64,000 nt of DNA from an uncultured Verrucomicrobiae bacterium (lineage in GTDB: Bacteria; Chlamydiota; Chlamydiia; Chlamydiales; Rhabdochlamydiaceae), in contig CAWIWQ010000001.1 in the NCBI GenBank assembly GCA_963839895.1, positions 626,724 to 690,723 on the forward strand. The letters run 5' to 3'. Every line of letters starts with the position of its first letter. Positions within the stretch are counted from its first letter, which is position 1. The notes beneath the pieces are model-generated. The model searched no databases and was not told where the DNA came from. It worked only from the letters and a program-made list of their open reading frames with translations. Positions 19,860 through 30,165 of this stretch are shown one piece after another. The position numbers and the translations under genes are program-made.

Positions 19860-20360
19860 ATGCTGTTTTTAATCCTACTCCCCTTTGTGCTCCAACTGCT
19901 AGTGATTAGCATCGATGAATTTTTCTTCCATGTCAAACGGGGTCTTCCTAAGTGGGAACGGATCGGTCACCCTTTGGATACCTTAACAGTACTTGCGTGT
20001 TTTGCCTTTATCTTATTCGTCCCCTACTCTTCCTTCTATTTGAAAATTTATATCGGACTCGCTCTGTTTTCTTGTCTATTCGTCACGAAAGATGAATTTG
20101 TGCACAAAGAATGTTGTCCCGCTTCAGAGCAATGGTTGCATGCCCTGCTGTTTTTAAATCATCCCGTTGTATTGACATTAGCTGGTTGTCTCTGGCCGAT
20201 TGCCAGTGGCGACACAGGGCCCTCTTGGCTGAGCGCCTTAATTCCTCACGTGAAAACACTGCGCCTGTTTCTTATGATCCAAACAGGATCAATCGTCCTC
20301 TTTTTAGTTTATCAAATTCTGTACTGGAATCTCTTATGGAAAGACAAAGCGCCCGAATAA
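19860..20360 (+). CDS. Conserved multi-pass membrane protein
   Basis: DEFFFHVKRGLPKWERIGHPLD, KDEFVH, EQWLHA; 4-5 TM; tightly coupled to flanking genes. Confidence 0.7.
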   Translation: MLFLILLPFVLQLLVISIDEFFFHVKRGLPKWERIGHPLDTLTVLACFAFILFVPYSSFYLKIYIGLALFSCLFVTKDEFVHKECCPASEQWLHALLFLNHPVVLTLAGCLWPIASGDTGPSWLSALIPHVKTLRLFLMIQTGSIVLFLVYQILYWNLLWKDKAPE

Positions 20361-21070
20361 ATAATGCCTTTTATGAAGATTTGGGCGAATCGTGGTACGA
20401 TTGTTCCACTCATCCGATTGCACTGCTTCGCGCGGAAAATTCCGTACGCAACCCCTGGATCCTCAATGCAATTCCAAAAATCCCCTGTGACATTCTCGAT
20501 ATAGGCTGTGGAGCGGGTTTTTTAACAAATACTCTTGCGCATGCAGGCCATCGCGTCACCGGCATTGACCAATCTGGCTCGAGTTTAGCGATCGCCACAA
20601 AAAAGGATCTCTCCCAGTCCGTGCGCTATCTACAATCCGATGCCTTTGCCCTCCCCTTTCCAGATCAGAGCTTCGATGTGGTATGTGCTATGGACTTTCT
20701 CGAACACATTGAACATCCCGCGCTGATTGTCAAAGAAGCTGCGCGATTGCTTAAACCCGGTGGACAATTTTTCTTTCATACTTTTAATCGCAACTGGCTG
20801 AGTTATTTGCTCGTAATCAAAGGAGTTGACTGGTGCATTCCTAACGCTCCTACAAACATGCACCTATATTCAATGTTCATCAAACCTCAAGAATTAAAAA
20901 CATGGTGTGAGGAGTCAAAACTCACGATAAAAGAGTTGCATGGTCTTACACCTCGATTAGCTTCGCTTAACTTTTGGAAAAGTCTCTTCACGAGAAAAAT
21001 AGAAGGGATAGAGTTTCAATTCACTACCAGCCTGACAACAGGCTACCTCGGCTACGCCCAAAAAACATAA
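20336..21070 (+). CDS. UbiG-like SAM-dependent O-methyltransferase
   Basis: ILDIGCGAGFL, FDVVCAMDFLEH, LKPGGQFFFHT; start set at in-frame ATG 20336 overlapping upstream gene end. Confidence 0.85.
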   Translation: MERQSARINNAFYEDLGESWYDCSTHPIALLRAENSVRNPWILNAIPKIPCDILDIGCGAGFLTNTLAHAGHRVTGIDQSGSSLAIATKKDLSQSVRYLQSDAFALPFPDQSFDVVCAMDFLEHIEHPALIVKEAARLLKPGGQFFFHTFNRNWLSYLLVIKGVDWCIPNAPTNMHLYSMFIKPQELKTWCEESKLTIKELHGLTPRLASLNFWKSLFTRKIEGIEFQFTTSLTTGYLGYAQKT

Positions 21071-21078
21071 ATTGGTCC

Positions 21079-21134
21079 CTCTGTGGTTCTTGTCTCTGTG
21101 GTAAAATTCACCACAGAGTTAAAACACCACAGAG
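21079..21134. terminator. Bidirectional terminator-like nested inverted repeats
   Basis: CTCTGTGGT twice followed by ACCACAGAG twice, between convergent genes. Confidence 0.65.
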
Positions 21135-21143
21135 TCTAAGTTC

Positions 21144-21725
21144 TTAGTCTGTGAGGTATTTGATGACGCGATCCATCCGAAAATGGCGCTCTTCCTTCCT
21201 TTTTTCCCACTCTTGCAAATAGGGATTGTGTTCGGGCTCTTGTTTTGACGAAGATTTGATCGGGACGACTTGGTGTCGCTTCGGTCCGGGCAGTTTTTGT
21301 TTGGAGAGAGTTTTAAGACGTTTAGAAACTAGAAAATGCTCTTTAAGTCGGCATTGAACGACTCGTGCAGGGGAAAGAGGATTTCGCCGATGCAAATGAC
21401 CCCAGTTTTTTTGGCTTACGGTGCAATGGCTTAAGTCCATAGGAAAAATGAGTTTTTGCGAGGAATGATTTTCTTTTGTGACGCTGCGTTGCTTGGTTTG
21501 CCGTTTTTTTTTGGAGAGAACATATCCTTGCAAGGGCAAGTGTTTAATTTGTGAAGGAATGCGCGGTGGTTTGACTAGGTCGCATTTGTGTGTTTTGCAG
21601 AATTCTTGGGATTTCAAGGGAAGTTGTTTTACTTGAAGAAGATTATCTCGATCTTTTCCAAGCCAATATTGCACTCGCGCAGCGGCGTTTTCACAAGGTG
21701 TTGAAACAGGTGAATTTTCTTGCAT
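21144..21725 (-). CDS. Basic hypothetical protein
   Basis: 193-aa Lys/Gln-rich ORF. Confidence 0.55.
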   Translation of the reverse strand: MQENSPVSTPCENAAARVQYWLGKDRDNLLQVKQLPLKSQEFCKTHKCDLVKPPRIPSQIKHLPLQGYVLSKKKRQTKQRSVTKENHSSQKLIFPMDLSHCTVSQKNWGHLHRRNPLSPARVVQCRLKEHFLVSKRLKTLSKQKLPGPKRHQVVPIKSSSKQEPEHNPYLQEWEKRKEERHFRMDRVIKYLTD

Positions 21726-21893
21726 CCAACCTCAAAATTCATTGGCGAAGTTGATATCACGATCGGCGTTTACTGACCAGAAAATTTCCGGTTTAAAGCC
21801 GACAGCGATATTAATGTAATCTTAAAATTTTAAGCAATCACTTTCCCCTCAAAACCGAATTTTGTTATGCTGTGGTCAACAGGAGTATCACAC

Positions 21894-22397
21894 ATGGCAC
21901 AGGTCACTCTAAAAGGCAATCCGATCCACACCTTTGGCAATCTTCCCGCTGTTGGCTCGCATGCCCCCGATTTTCATTTAGTCGATGCTGAATTAAATAA
22001 TCGATCGCTCAAAGACTATAAAGGGAAACGTAAAATCCTTTCGATTGTACCGAGCTTAGATACTTCGGTCTGTTCTCTTTCAGCCAAAACCTTCAATGAA
22101 AAAATTAAGGAACATCCTGAAGTGATTGTTATCGTGGTATCCACAGATTTGCCGTTTGCACAAAAGCGATTTTGCACTGCAGAAAACGTGAAAAATATCG
22201 TCACTCTTTCGATGATGCGCGATAAAGAATTCGGCAAAGCTTATGGGACATTAATTACAGATGGGCCGCTGGCAGGCATTAACGCACGCGCTGTGCTGGT
22301 GTTAGATGAACACGATAAGATTGTGTATACAGAACTCGTGCCTGAAATCACGCAAGAACCTAACTACGACAAAGCGTTACATCATTTACGTCGATAA
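21894..22397 (+). CDS. tpx: Thiol peroxidase (atypical 2-Cys peroxiredoxin)
   Basis: VTLKGNP, VPSLDTSVC, DLPFAQKRFC, EPNYD; AGGAG RBS before ATG 21894. Confidence 0.93.
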   Translation: MAQVTLKGNPIHTFGNLPAVGSHAPDFHLVDAELNNRSLKDYKGKRKILSIVPSLDTSVCSLSAKTFNEKIKEHPEVIVIVVSTDLPFAQKRFCTAENVKNIVTLSMMRDKEFGKAYGTLITDGPLAGINARAVLVLDEHDKIVYTELVPEITQEPNYDKALHHLRR

Positions 22398-24070
22398 ATC
22401 GGATATTCGGGATACCACATCGTCGCATCGACTTTGCGCTCAATTTCTTGTGCAGAAGATTTAGGGACGAGCCCTTCTTCTTCTGCCACATGACCCACAG
22501 CAATGGCAATTTTACGTGAAACCTCACGTAATCCTTCCAGGGGTACAAAAATGTCAGCGGTTGAGTCTTTAAGCATCGGTGCATGATCGCTTAATACTTG
22601 CGCTGCGCGAATGAACATTTTTTCTGTAACTTTTGGTGACTTGCAAGCGACAATACCTAATCCCACACCTGGAAAAATGTACACATTGTTGCATTGTGCG
22701 ATGAGATGTTTTTTACCTTGATATTCGACGGGATTAAAGGGACTTCCTGTTGCGATAATCGCTCTTCCCTCTGTCCAGCGCAGTAAATCTTCCGGCTTGG
22801 CTTCTGCACGTGAAGTAGGATTAGATAGGGGAAAAATGATCGGCCTTTCAGTATAGCTGGCCATCGCCCTGACAATCTCTTCTGTAAACGTATTAGGCTG
22901 GGTAGACACGCCGATGAGAATGGTGGGCTTGGCATTGTGCATCACATCGAGAAGGGAAAATTTGCTCATCCCTGAATTTTTCCAAGTGCTAAGCTCCGAA
23001 AAGTCGCGTGCAAATTTGCGTTGTTCCGGATCGAGCCGCATTTGCTGCGTGTGCAAGAGCCCATCGATATCGACGATGTAAAAATTCTTGCGTGCTTGTT
23101 CTTCGCTACAACCGTCTAATTTCATCGCATGTAGGATCAAATTAGCAATGCCAAGTCCTGCAGAGCCTCCGCCGAGCATGGCAATTTTTTGATCTTTGAG
23201 CCTCACCTTAGATAATTTTGCCGCCCCCATAATCGCAGCGAGAGCCACAGAAGCTGTCCCCTGGATGTCATCGTTAAAAGAACAGATTTCATTATGGTAT
23301 TTTTCCCATAAAGGGCGAGCGTGCGGTTTGGCAAAATCCTCCCATTGCAATAGGACTTTAGGAAAACGCTTTTTAATTTCGCGCACAAATACATCGATAA
23401 AATCGAAGTATTTTTCACCGATTACGCGCGGATGACTCCAACCGATGTACAAAGGATCTTTGAGCAGTTGCGGATTATTCGTTCCCACATCTAGCATCAC
23501 CGGTAAAACTTTTGCCGGATGAATCCCTCCAAATAATGTATACAAGGCGAGCTTGCCTTGCGGTATAGCCATCCCACCCACTCCGACATCGCCTAAACCC
23601 AAAATACGCTCGCCATCGGTTGCGACGATCACTTCCACATCATCGAGCGGCCAACTTTCAATGATCTCACCGATTTTATCTTTTAAGGGATACGAAAGGT
23701 ACAATCCCCGATGCTGTCGATACAAAATGCTGTAATGCAGGGAAACATCGCCAATTGTCGGGGTATAAATTAACGGCACCATCTCCGAAATGTGCTCGGC
23801 GACCAGTCGATAAAATAAGATCTCATTACGGTTTTGCAAACTTGACAAGAAGATATACTTAGAAAGCTCGTCCCGACGCTGTTTAAAATTGTCATAGCGC
23901 CGCTCCACTTGTTCTTCAATGGTCGAGACATGAAAGGGAATGAGTCCATGCAACCCTAATTCATCCCGCTCCTCATTCGTAAAGGCCGTGCCTTTATTGT
24001 AGAGTGGTGTGTCCAGGATTTCCATCGGCTTCATTGCAAGTTTGACGATATCTCTGTCTTTATTCTTCAT
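22382..24070 (-). CDS. maeA: NAD-dependent malic enzyme
   Basis: PLYNKGTAF, YTPTIG, TDGERILGLGD, FNDDIQGTA, FPLSNPT, NNVYIFPG. Confidence 0.94.
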   Translation of the reverse strand: MKNKDRDIVKLAMKPMEILDTPLYNKGTAFTNEERDELGLHGLIPFHVSTIEEQVERRYDNFKQRRDELSKYIFLSSLQNRNEILFYRLVAEHISEMVPLIYTPTIGDVSLHYSILYRQHRGLYLSYPLKDKIGEIIESWPLDDVEVIVATDGERILGLGDVGVGGMAIPQGKLALYTLFGGIHPAKVLPVMLDVGTNNPQLLKDPLYIGWSHPRVIGEKYFDFIDVFVREIKKRFPKVLLQWEDFAKPHARPLWEKYHNEICSFNDDIQGTASVALAAIMGAAKLSKVRLKDQKIAMLGGGSAGLGIANLILHAMKLDGCSEEQARKNFYIVDIDGLLHTQQMRLDPEQRKFARDFSELSTWKNSGMSKFSLLDVMHNAKPTILIGVSTQPNTFTEEIVRAMASYTERPIIFPLSNPTSRAEAKPEDLLRWTEGRAIIATGSPFNPVEYQGKKHLIAQCNNVYIFPGVGLGIVACKSPKVTEKMFIRAAQVLSDHAPMLKDSTADIFVPLEGLREVSRKIAIAVGHVAEEEGLVPKSSAQEIERKVDATMWYPEYPIYRRK

Positions 24071-24135
24071 GGTTTTACACTAGCGTTTTTCTCATGAGTT
24101 GTCAAAACAAACGAATCATGCTATAAATCAAAATT

Positions 24136-25353
24136 TTGCAACTATGGTTACTCATGCGTCGAACTACAAATAGTACTACAACGTTTTTAGTGATATTGCT
24201 CGTTGCTTTAGGGCAATTCGCTATCGATATCTATCTTCCTTCATTGCCTGCAATGGTACGCGTTTTTCAAACAGATAAGTCGATAATTCAGCTCACGCTA
24301 ACTGTTTTTCTAATCACATTTGCTCTCTCGCAACTCATCTACGGCGCACTTTCTGAGCGATTTGGACGACGCAGGGTTTTATTTGTAGGACTTGCAATCT
24401 TCATTGCAGGCGCTCTTTGGAGCACCTTTGCAAATTCGATCACTGCATTGTTAATTTCACGCGCGGTTCAAGGTGCAGGAATAGGAGCTGCCAATGTTTT
24501 ATGTCGAGCCATTCTCCGCGATCTCTATTCGGGAAAGGAACTCGCCAAAAAGGTCTCATATTTAGGACTTGTTTGGGTCATGTCACCGATCATCGCTCCT
24601 GTCCTAGGCGGTTATTTTGAGCAGTATTTTGGTTGGAGGATGAATTTCATCTTTCTGGCGATATTTGTAGCCATTATTCTCTTCTGGGCCGTTATTAAAC
24701 TTCCCGAGACAAAAAATCTCTCTCAATTACATTCAATCCATCCCAAAATAATTGCAAATCATTATAGGACAATACTAAAAAATCGATTCTGCATGGGTTA
24801 CATTTTAGCCGATTTTATTCTCTATGGAGTATTTAGTGCTTTTTATGTCGCTGGACCTTTTCTATTGCAAAACCGTTTAAAGCTTTCTCCGATTGCTTTT
24901 GGCTGGATGATGCTGATCATTTCTACCGGCTACTTTTTAGGCTCTTTTACTAATTCGCGTCTTATCCATCATTTTTCTATAAAAAAGGTGATTTATTTAG
25001 GTTTAGGAATCGTATGTCTGTCTAGTTTGGCGATGCTTATTTTTGCGCTTTCAGATGTGATGAACGTTGAGGTTATTGTTGCCCCGCTTTGCTTTCTTTT
25101 TTTAGGAATGGGACTGATTTTCACAAATTGCATTTCAGGCTGCTTATCGATTTTCCCTCATCTTGCAGGTCATACAAGTGCCATATGGGGCTTTTTTGCC
25201 TTTGTCGGTGGTACGGTTACCACATTCCTTATGAGTCTTTTTCAAGAACAAACTCAAATTCCTTTATCATGGATGCTTTTAATCCAATCTATTCTTGTTG
25301 TCGTAACATTAACTGTGATGGTTTTTCGAAAACCAAATTCAGTTAAGAATTGA
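24136..25353 (+). CDS. MFS multidrug efflux transporter, Bcr/CflA family
   Basis: DIYLPSLP, GALSERFGRRRV motif A, 12 TM. Confidence 0.88.
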   Translation: MQLWLLMRRTTNSTTTFLVILLVALGQFAIDIYLPSLPAMVRVFQTDKSIIQLTLTVFLITFALSQLIYGALSERFGRRRVLFVGLAIFIAGALWSTFANSITALLISRAVQGAGIGAANVLCRAILRDLYSGKELAKKVSYLGLVWVMSPIIAPVLGGYFEQYFGWRMNFIFLAIFVAIILFWAVIKLPETKNLSQLHSIHPKIIANHYRTILKNRFCMGYILADFILYGVFSAFYVAGPFLLQNRLKLSPIAFGWMMLIISTGYFLGSFTNSRLIHHFSIKKVIYLGLGIVCLSSLAMLIFALSDVMNVEVIVAPLCFLFLGMGLIFTNCISGCLSIFPHLAGHTSAIWGFFAFVGGTVTTFLMSLFQEQTQIPLSWMLLIQSILVVVTLTVMVFRKPNSVKN

Positions 25354-25376
25354 AGGCTTTGCAAATAATTATATTA

Positions 25377-25406
25377 TTGAAAACAAAATATACTTTTGTT
25401 TATAAT
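25377..25406 (+). promoter_or_regulatory. Sigma70-type promoter with palindromic spacer
   Basis: TTGAAA-18 nt-TATAAT just upstream of 25433; spacer contains AACAAAA/TTTTGTT inverted repeat. Confidence 0.45.
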
Positions 25407-25432
25407 GTTATTAACTAATAAATTAGGTAACT

Positions 25433-27670
25433 ATGTCTTTAAGCATTAAAGATCTCGTAAAAAGTGATATTTATTTTTTCAACAATCAACAACCAAGTAA
25501 TTATTTAAACATTTCTATTGAAAACATTATCTCTGCAGGAAAGCTATTAACACAGTATAAACAAATTTTTGGTAAAGACAAGGAATATCTTGAACTTAAG
25601 AGACATATAAAGCTCGCTCGAGCCTCAAACTTTACCTTAAGAATTTCGGATCTTTTTAAACAAAACAGAAAAGATCAGAGGGCCTGTCCGATCGAATTAA
25701 ACGAAAAAATACCCCAAAATCTAAGGTTAGAGCCAAACCATTTAGAATATTGGCTTCAAATCACTTTTAATCAAACTTCTTTAGCATTAGGTTTAGGCTT
25801 AGATATAAATTGGGTTCATGGAACAAATAGTTCAATATTGCCATTTCTTTCTGCTTCAAATTACCGTTTAATCCCAACAGGACAATTGTTACAAAATGGA
25901 ATCGCGCCGATGTCAGGAGAAATAAGTTGCGGAGGGATGGATGTTCAGGGAACCAATCAAAATTCTATATCTGCGCTACCTATTGAAGGGGCTAATAAAT
26001 CCTGGGAAGATTATGCGAAGAAAAAAATGTATCATTTTCCTGTAGAAAAATATGAAAATATCGAAACTACCTTTGTTGCTGATTTAGAGTCTTTAAAGTC
26101 TTTGTCCCCGGCTGACGATAAATGGGATACAGTAATTGTTTCGTTACTCAGAAGTAAACAATGGAATCCAAAAGGTTTTGCGGAACTTTGTAAAAAATAC
26201 GAAAATCAAATTAAACAGGTTATCCAAGCCGGAATTGAAAAAAGTTCTCTAAGAGAAAATAGTATCTTAAAAGCCTTAGATTGGGACCTCGATGACCTAA
26301 GGGCAGCTTGTACTGATGAAACAAAAAGAAAAGCTATTGAAAAGGAATTGGGTTCATTTAACGAAGATGATTCATTTGATTGGTATAAAAATGATAAAGG
26401 AGGATCTCTTCGCTTAATTTCCACATATTTTATTAATGATCTTAATTTTCATTGGAAAACTATCGTTCATGTGATTTTAAAAGTTAAATTAAAATCCAAA
26501 GATCATTGGGATATTGCAGATGTTAATGCGATTAGAAAAAATTTAAATCTTAGAATTCAGAAAAATTTAATTCCTTATAAAAGGCGTTTTGAGCGTTTAC
26601 AAATGGCTTTTGAGCGTCCTCCTGCAGTGAATTTAACGGAACAGGATCGTGCGATGATCCAGTCCCCATTTCCGATTCTTTTTGCATCGACTAAAACGAA
26701 GGGAAAAAGCCATATAAAAGAGCTTTCGGTTAAATCTGCCCAATTGGAAAAAGACATCAATATCATTTTTGTAGACAAACAGAATATCAGCACCATGAAT
26801 CAATGGCTTCGCAACCAGGATATTCACACCGTTCAGGTTCTCGACGCAAAATATCTGGAAGAAATGCAACAATTTCCTTTGTATCATTCTCCCTTTCAAG
26901 TGTTAGAAAACTCATCGTATCTCTCCATGAACGAGCAAAGACAACTCCAAGATTTTTTAGAACAGAAAGTTTTCCCCTTATATAGAATTCCCTATCAGAA
27001 TGGACAACACCGGGTAGTTCATGGTGTTCCTCACGCGCTTCGTGTATCAGCAATATTTGGACAAATCATCGCAGAACTTTACAAAGAACAACTCCAAAAG
27101 ATTCGCTGCAAGCCAACGCATCTTATCTGTGGCATAGGACTCCATGATGTTGCAAGACAAGGAGATGGTGTGGATAAGTGGGATAAACAAAGCGGCGAAA
27201 AATGTGAAGAGGTCCTTGAAGAAATGGGCGCTGATAAAATAACTGCAAATCTATTTAATCAAGCAATCGATGACAAAGAAAGTCAAACACCTAACTCATT
27301 AGAGCATAAAATTTTACACGATAGCGATTGTCTCGAAATTATGCGAGATCTATCCGAAAATGAAGATTTTGATTTTAAACGACTGTGGATTTATAAAGAG
27401 TTGGAGCATGAAGTCGTGTTTGCCCTAATACACGAGGCTAAAGAATTCATTTCTTTAACTGAAATCCCCACAATTAAGAATTATATCGAAAACCATGCGC
27501 ATCCTTATGCCGCAATCATTAACATACTCAGTTATGCACATAATAACTCTGGCCGTTTCTCATTAATGGTGAACAATCTAAGCACAGCATTTGAAGCTTT
27601 TGAGGGAAATATTTCTTTGCCTCAAGAAATACAGCAGAAGATTCAAGAGAAAATCGGTAAGAGATCCTAA
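25433..27670 (+). CDS. Large candidate effector with C-terminal HD / SidE-PDE-like domain
   Basis: RVVHGVPHALR, GLHDVARQGDGVDKW, LHDSDCLEIMR; N-terminal region has WVHGTNS motif. Confidence 0.6.
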   Translation: MSLSIKDLVKSDIYFFNNQQPSNYLNISIENIISAGKLLTQYKQIFGKDKEYLELKRHIKLARASNFTLRISDLFKQNRKDQRACPIELNEKIPQNLRLEPNHLEYWLQITFNQTSLALGLGLDINWVHGTNSSILPFLSASNYRLIPTGQLLQNGIAPMSGEISCGGMDVQGTNQNSISALPIEGANKSWEDYAKKKMYHFPVEKYENIETTFVADLESLKSLSPADDKWDTVIVSLLRSKQWNPKGFAELCKKYENQIKQVIQAGIEKSSLRENSILKALDWDLDDLRAACTDETKRKAIEKELGSFNEDDSFDWYKNDKGGSLRLISTYFINDLNFHWKTIVHVILKVKLKSKDHWDIADVNAIRKNLNLRIQKNLIPYKRRFERLQMAFERPPAVNLTEQDRAMIQSPFPILFASTKTKGKSHIKELSVKSAQLEKDINIIFVDKQNISTMNQWLRNQDIHTVQVLDAKYLEEMQQFPLYHSPFQVLENSSYLSMNEQRQLQDFLEQKVFPLYRIPYQNGQHRVVHGVPHALRVSAIFGQIIAELYKEQLQKIRCKPTHLICGIGLHDVARQGDGVDKWDKQSGEKCEEVLEEMGADKITANLFNQAIDDKESQTPNSLEHKILHDSDCLEIMRDLSENEDFDFKRLWIYKELEHEVVFALIHEAKEFISLTEIPTIKNYIENHAHPYAAIINILSYAHNNSGRFSLMVNNLSTAFEAFEGNISLPQEIQQKIQEKIGKRS

Positions 27671-27676
27671 ATGTCT

Positions 27677-28960
27677 TTATTCAAGCTGCTCAACCGAATC
27701 TTTCGATGGCTCTTTGAGCAGCACGAAGACGATCGCTACCCAAGCTCCGAATAGCAAGATACTACCCCAGTTTAAAAAGGGTAAAAATGTGGTACCCAAG
27801 AGCGCTTGTAGCCCCAAAATCAACACAGAAGCGAGCGCTTTAGAAGAGCGGTAGGCAAAAACATCGATTACCGCCTTGGCGCGAAATTTTTCATCAGGTT
27901 TCAGCGGAATGTAGAGAACCTCTTTGATGATGCCGAAGAGAGAAAAGTCACAGCTTTTAATCGAGATGAAAGCAAACGAGATGACTCCGAACACTGGGAA
28001 AAATTGGAAAACAACAGCGTTGATGCAGAGTAAAAAAGGGATCAATAAATGACTGCGTTTGATGCCTAAATAATGGATCAAAAGAAAGCTTCCGACGAGT
28101 TGAAGAGAAATCGTCGCCATGTGGACAATGCCCATGATCCGCGCCATATATTCGGTGCGCAAATCTTTTTGCAAAATCGTCTTTTCCAGCACAGTATTGA
28201 ATTGAAATTCGATCAAGGTCGAGGAAAGTTGCATGAACACGACGATCAATAAAATGAAGGTCAGATAACGCGAGGCTCCAATCAGTTTTAAACCGTGATA
28301 AAACGCTTCAAGAGACGTTCGCTGCTTTTGATCGTCGATCTTCATCGACGTTCCCTCCTTGGTTTGCTTTAACGCAAAGTAATAACATACGGCAAGTACA
28401 AGAAAGATCGGAAGCGTGGCTACGAGTAGCGATTCTGAGCCCAATTGGACAGCAAAAAATCCCGGAAGTAAGCTTCCGGCAGTAGATCCGAGAGCACCGA
28501 CACCGAAAAAGAAACCGTAGAGATATTTGGCGCGATTAAAGGAAATTGTGGAGTGAATCATCGACCACAGCTGCTGAAACATCAACATGATGTAAATTTC
28601 TTTCCAAAGATAGAAAACAAAAGGCAGCCAAGAAATTTGCTTGAGAAAGACCGCGCAAAACAGATTGGTAGCTGTCACGAACGCCGCGATCATCACCAAC
28701 ATGCGAAAACAACCCAAGCGGGGCAAATATTTATTGTAGAGGGCAACGACCAGCAAATTAAGAGGGACGGCAGCTAGCCATGCGTAGGGAAAAGCGCCAG
28801 CACCATACGCGGTTAAAAACACAGCATTACTCACCGGTCTGATCACTGCATATTCAGCGCAAATTAAAAAACCGCACAGCATGGCAAAAAAGATAAACAG
28901 TCTTTCTTGCATTGAGAAAGCAGTCAGTTCATTTTTTAGCTGAGCCAGTTGTGTGCGCAT
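27677..28960 (-). CDS. Npt/TLC-like nucleotide transporter (MFS)
   Basis: EYAVIRPVSNAVF, WSMIHST, KEVLYIPL..KFRAKAVIDVFAYRSSK. Confidence 0.82.
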   Translation of the reverse strand: MRTQLAQLKNELTAFSMQERLFIFFAMLCGFLICAEYAVIRPVSNAVFLTAYGAGAFPYAWLAAVPLNLLVVALYNKYLPRLGCFRMLVMIAAFVTATNLFCAVFLKQISWLPFVFYLWKEIYIMLMFQQLWSMIHSTISFNRAKYLYGFFFGVGALGSTAGSLLPGFFAVQLGSESLLVATLPIFLVLAVCYYFALKQTKEGTSMKIDDQKQRTSLEAFYHGLKLIGASRYLTFILLIVVFMQLSSTLIEFQFNTVLEKTILQKDLRTEYMARIMGIVHMATISLQLVGSFLLIHYLGIKRSHLLIPFLLCINAVVFQFFPVFGVISFAFISIKSCDFSLFGIIKEVLYIPLKPDEKFRAKAVIDVFAYRSSKALASVLILGLQALLGTTFLPFLNWGSILLFGAWVAIVFVLLKEPSKDSVEQLE

Positions 28961-30163
28961 TTATTTCTCCAAAACTGAACGAAAATTGTGTTCAAACTCG
29001 GGAGAAACAAACGCCCATTGTAAACCAGCCGCGGGAATAGAAATTTGAGAAAATTCAGCCGCAGAAGCGATAAGACCGGAGCGGGTGTGCACAGGAAAAG
29101 AGAATTCTCTCCAGCCTTTTTTATGCGATCCCGGTTCCCAGAATAATTTATCCTCAGGAATATCAAACTGATGATCCTCCCCTTCTTTGAGTGCAATCGC
29201 TTTAAATCGTTTTTTTCGCCTTAAAAATGAATCGGCATCGCCATGGCCCGGAGCGTGCGGATCTTTTGCAGCGATGCGCAGTGCGGCTAGAATTTCACTA
29301 TCGGTAAGCGAAAGATATTCGTCCAAGCTACTCAAATAGTCATGCGCGGCAAAAAAGCTCTGCATAAATCTAGCCATATGAAATTTATAGGCTTTTACTG
29401 AGGAATATTGATACACCCGTTGATGCATGAAATGGCGCGCCAGCAGCAGCGCTTCACAGGCTTCGATCCCATTTTCTTCGATCCCCAGTTGCAACCCATT
29501 TCCAAAAGGAACCACGCACAACATTTCCAGCATTTGGTGATAATCGAACAGACCATAAGAAACCCCTGTGCATTGCGCATCGCGCAGTAAATAATCGATC
29601 CGATCTGCGCCAAAAAAATCACCGGTGATCACTTGTGAAAGCACCTGTTCAATCGGTGAAAAGCTAAGACCGATATCCATTTCGCGCAGTTTTTTCTCGC
29701 CGATCGCCATTTTGAGTATATCATCAACGATAGGGCGGCCTGGGAAACGAACATTCATCGCCGCCCAAACCGGCTGCAACGCGTCGCTTCGAATGACCCG
29801 CAGCGTCCAAGCTTCATGACCTGCTTTGCCAAGTAGTTCTTTTTCTGCATCATGGGAAAATGGCAAATGGCCCAAATCATGGCACAAGGCCGCCAAGCGG
29901 ATGATTTGCAGCCAATAATCAGCGTTCGGAAGAGAAAATTGCTTAGAAGTGATTCGCTTAAAAATGCGTGTCGCAAGTTCCATCGTTCCGAGCGAGTGCT
30001 CGAATCGGGTGTGGGTAGCACCGGGATAAACGACATAGGCTATGCCCAGCTGATGGATATAGTGTAGTCGCTGAAACGGCTCAGAATCGATCAACAGCCG
30101 CTCTATATCATTAAAACGGATGAACCCATGTACAGCGTCGTAAATTTTTTGGAGCTTTTCCAT
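28961..30163 (-). CDS. HD-domain protein, SAMHD1/dNTP triphosphohydrolase-like
   Basis: FQRLHYIHQLG, HTRFEHSLG, LCHDLGHLPFSH, ADRIDYLLRD. Confidence 0.88.
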   Translation of the reverse strand: MEKLQKIYDAVHGFIRFNDIERLLIDSEPFQRLHYIHQLGIAYVVYPGATHTRFEHSLGTMELATRIFKRITSKQFSLPNADYWLQIIRLAALCHDLGHLPFSHDAEKELLGKAGHEAWTLRVIRSDALQPVWAAMNVRFPGRPIVDDILKMAIGEKKLREMDIGLSFSPIEQVLSQVITGDFFGADRIDYLLRDAQCTGVSYGLFDYHQMLEMLCVVPFGNGLQLGIEENGIEACEALLLARHFMHQRVYQYSSVKAYKFHMARFMQSFFAAHDYLSSLDEYLSLTDSEILAALRIAAKDPHAPGHGDADSFLRRKKRFKAIALKEGEDHQFDIPEDKLFWEPGSHKKGWREFSFPVHTRSGLIASAAEFSQISIPAAGLQWAFVSPEFEHNFRSVLEK

Positions 30164-30165
30164 GA

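Noticed and set aside
20111-20335. 75-codon N-terminal extension of the methyltransferase given by the ORF track
   Set aside because: Fully overlaps the membrane-protein gene in another frame; ATG 20336 gives a normal-length enzyme
20336-21070. Calling the methyltransferase ubiG of ubiquinone synthesis
   Set aside because: Context is a type III PKS operon and no other ubi genes are in the window, so no gene symbol was assigned
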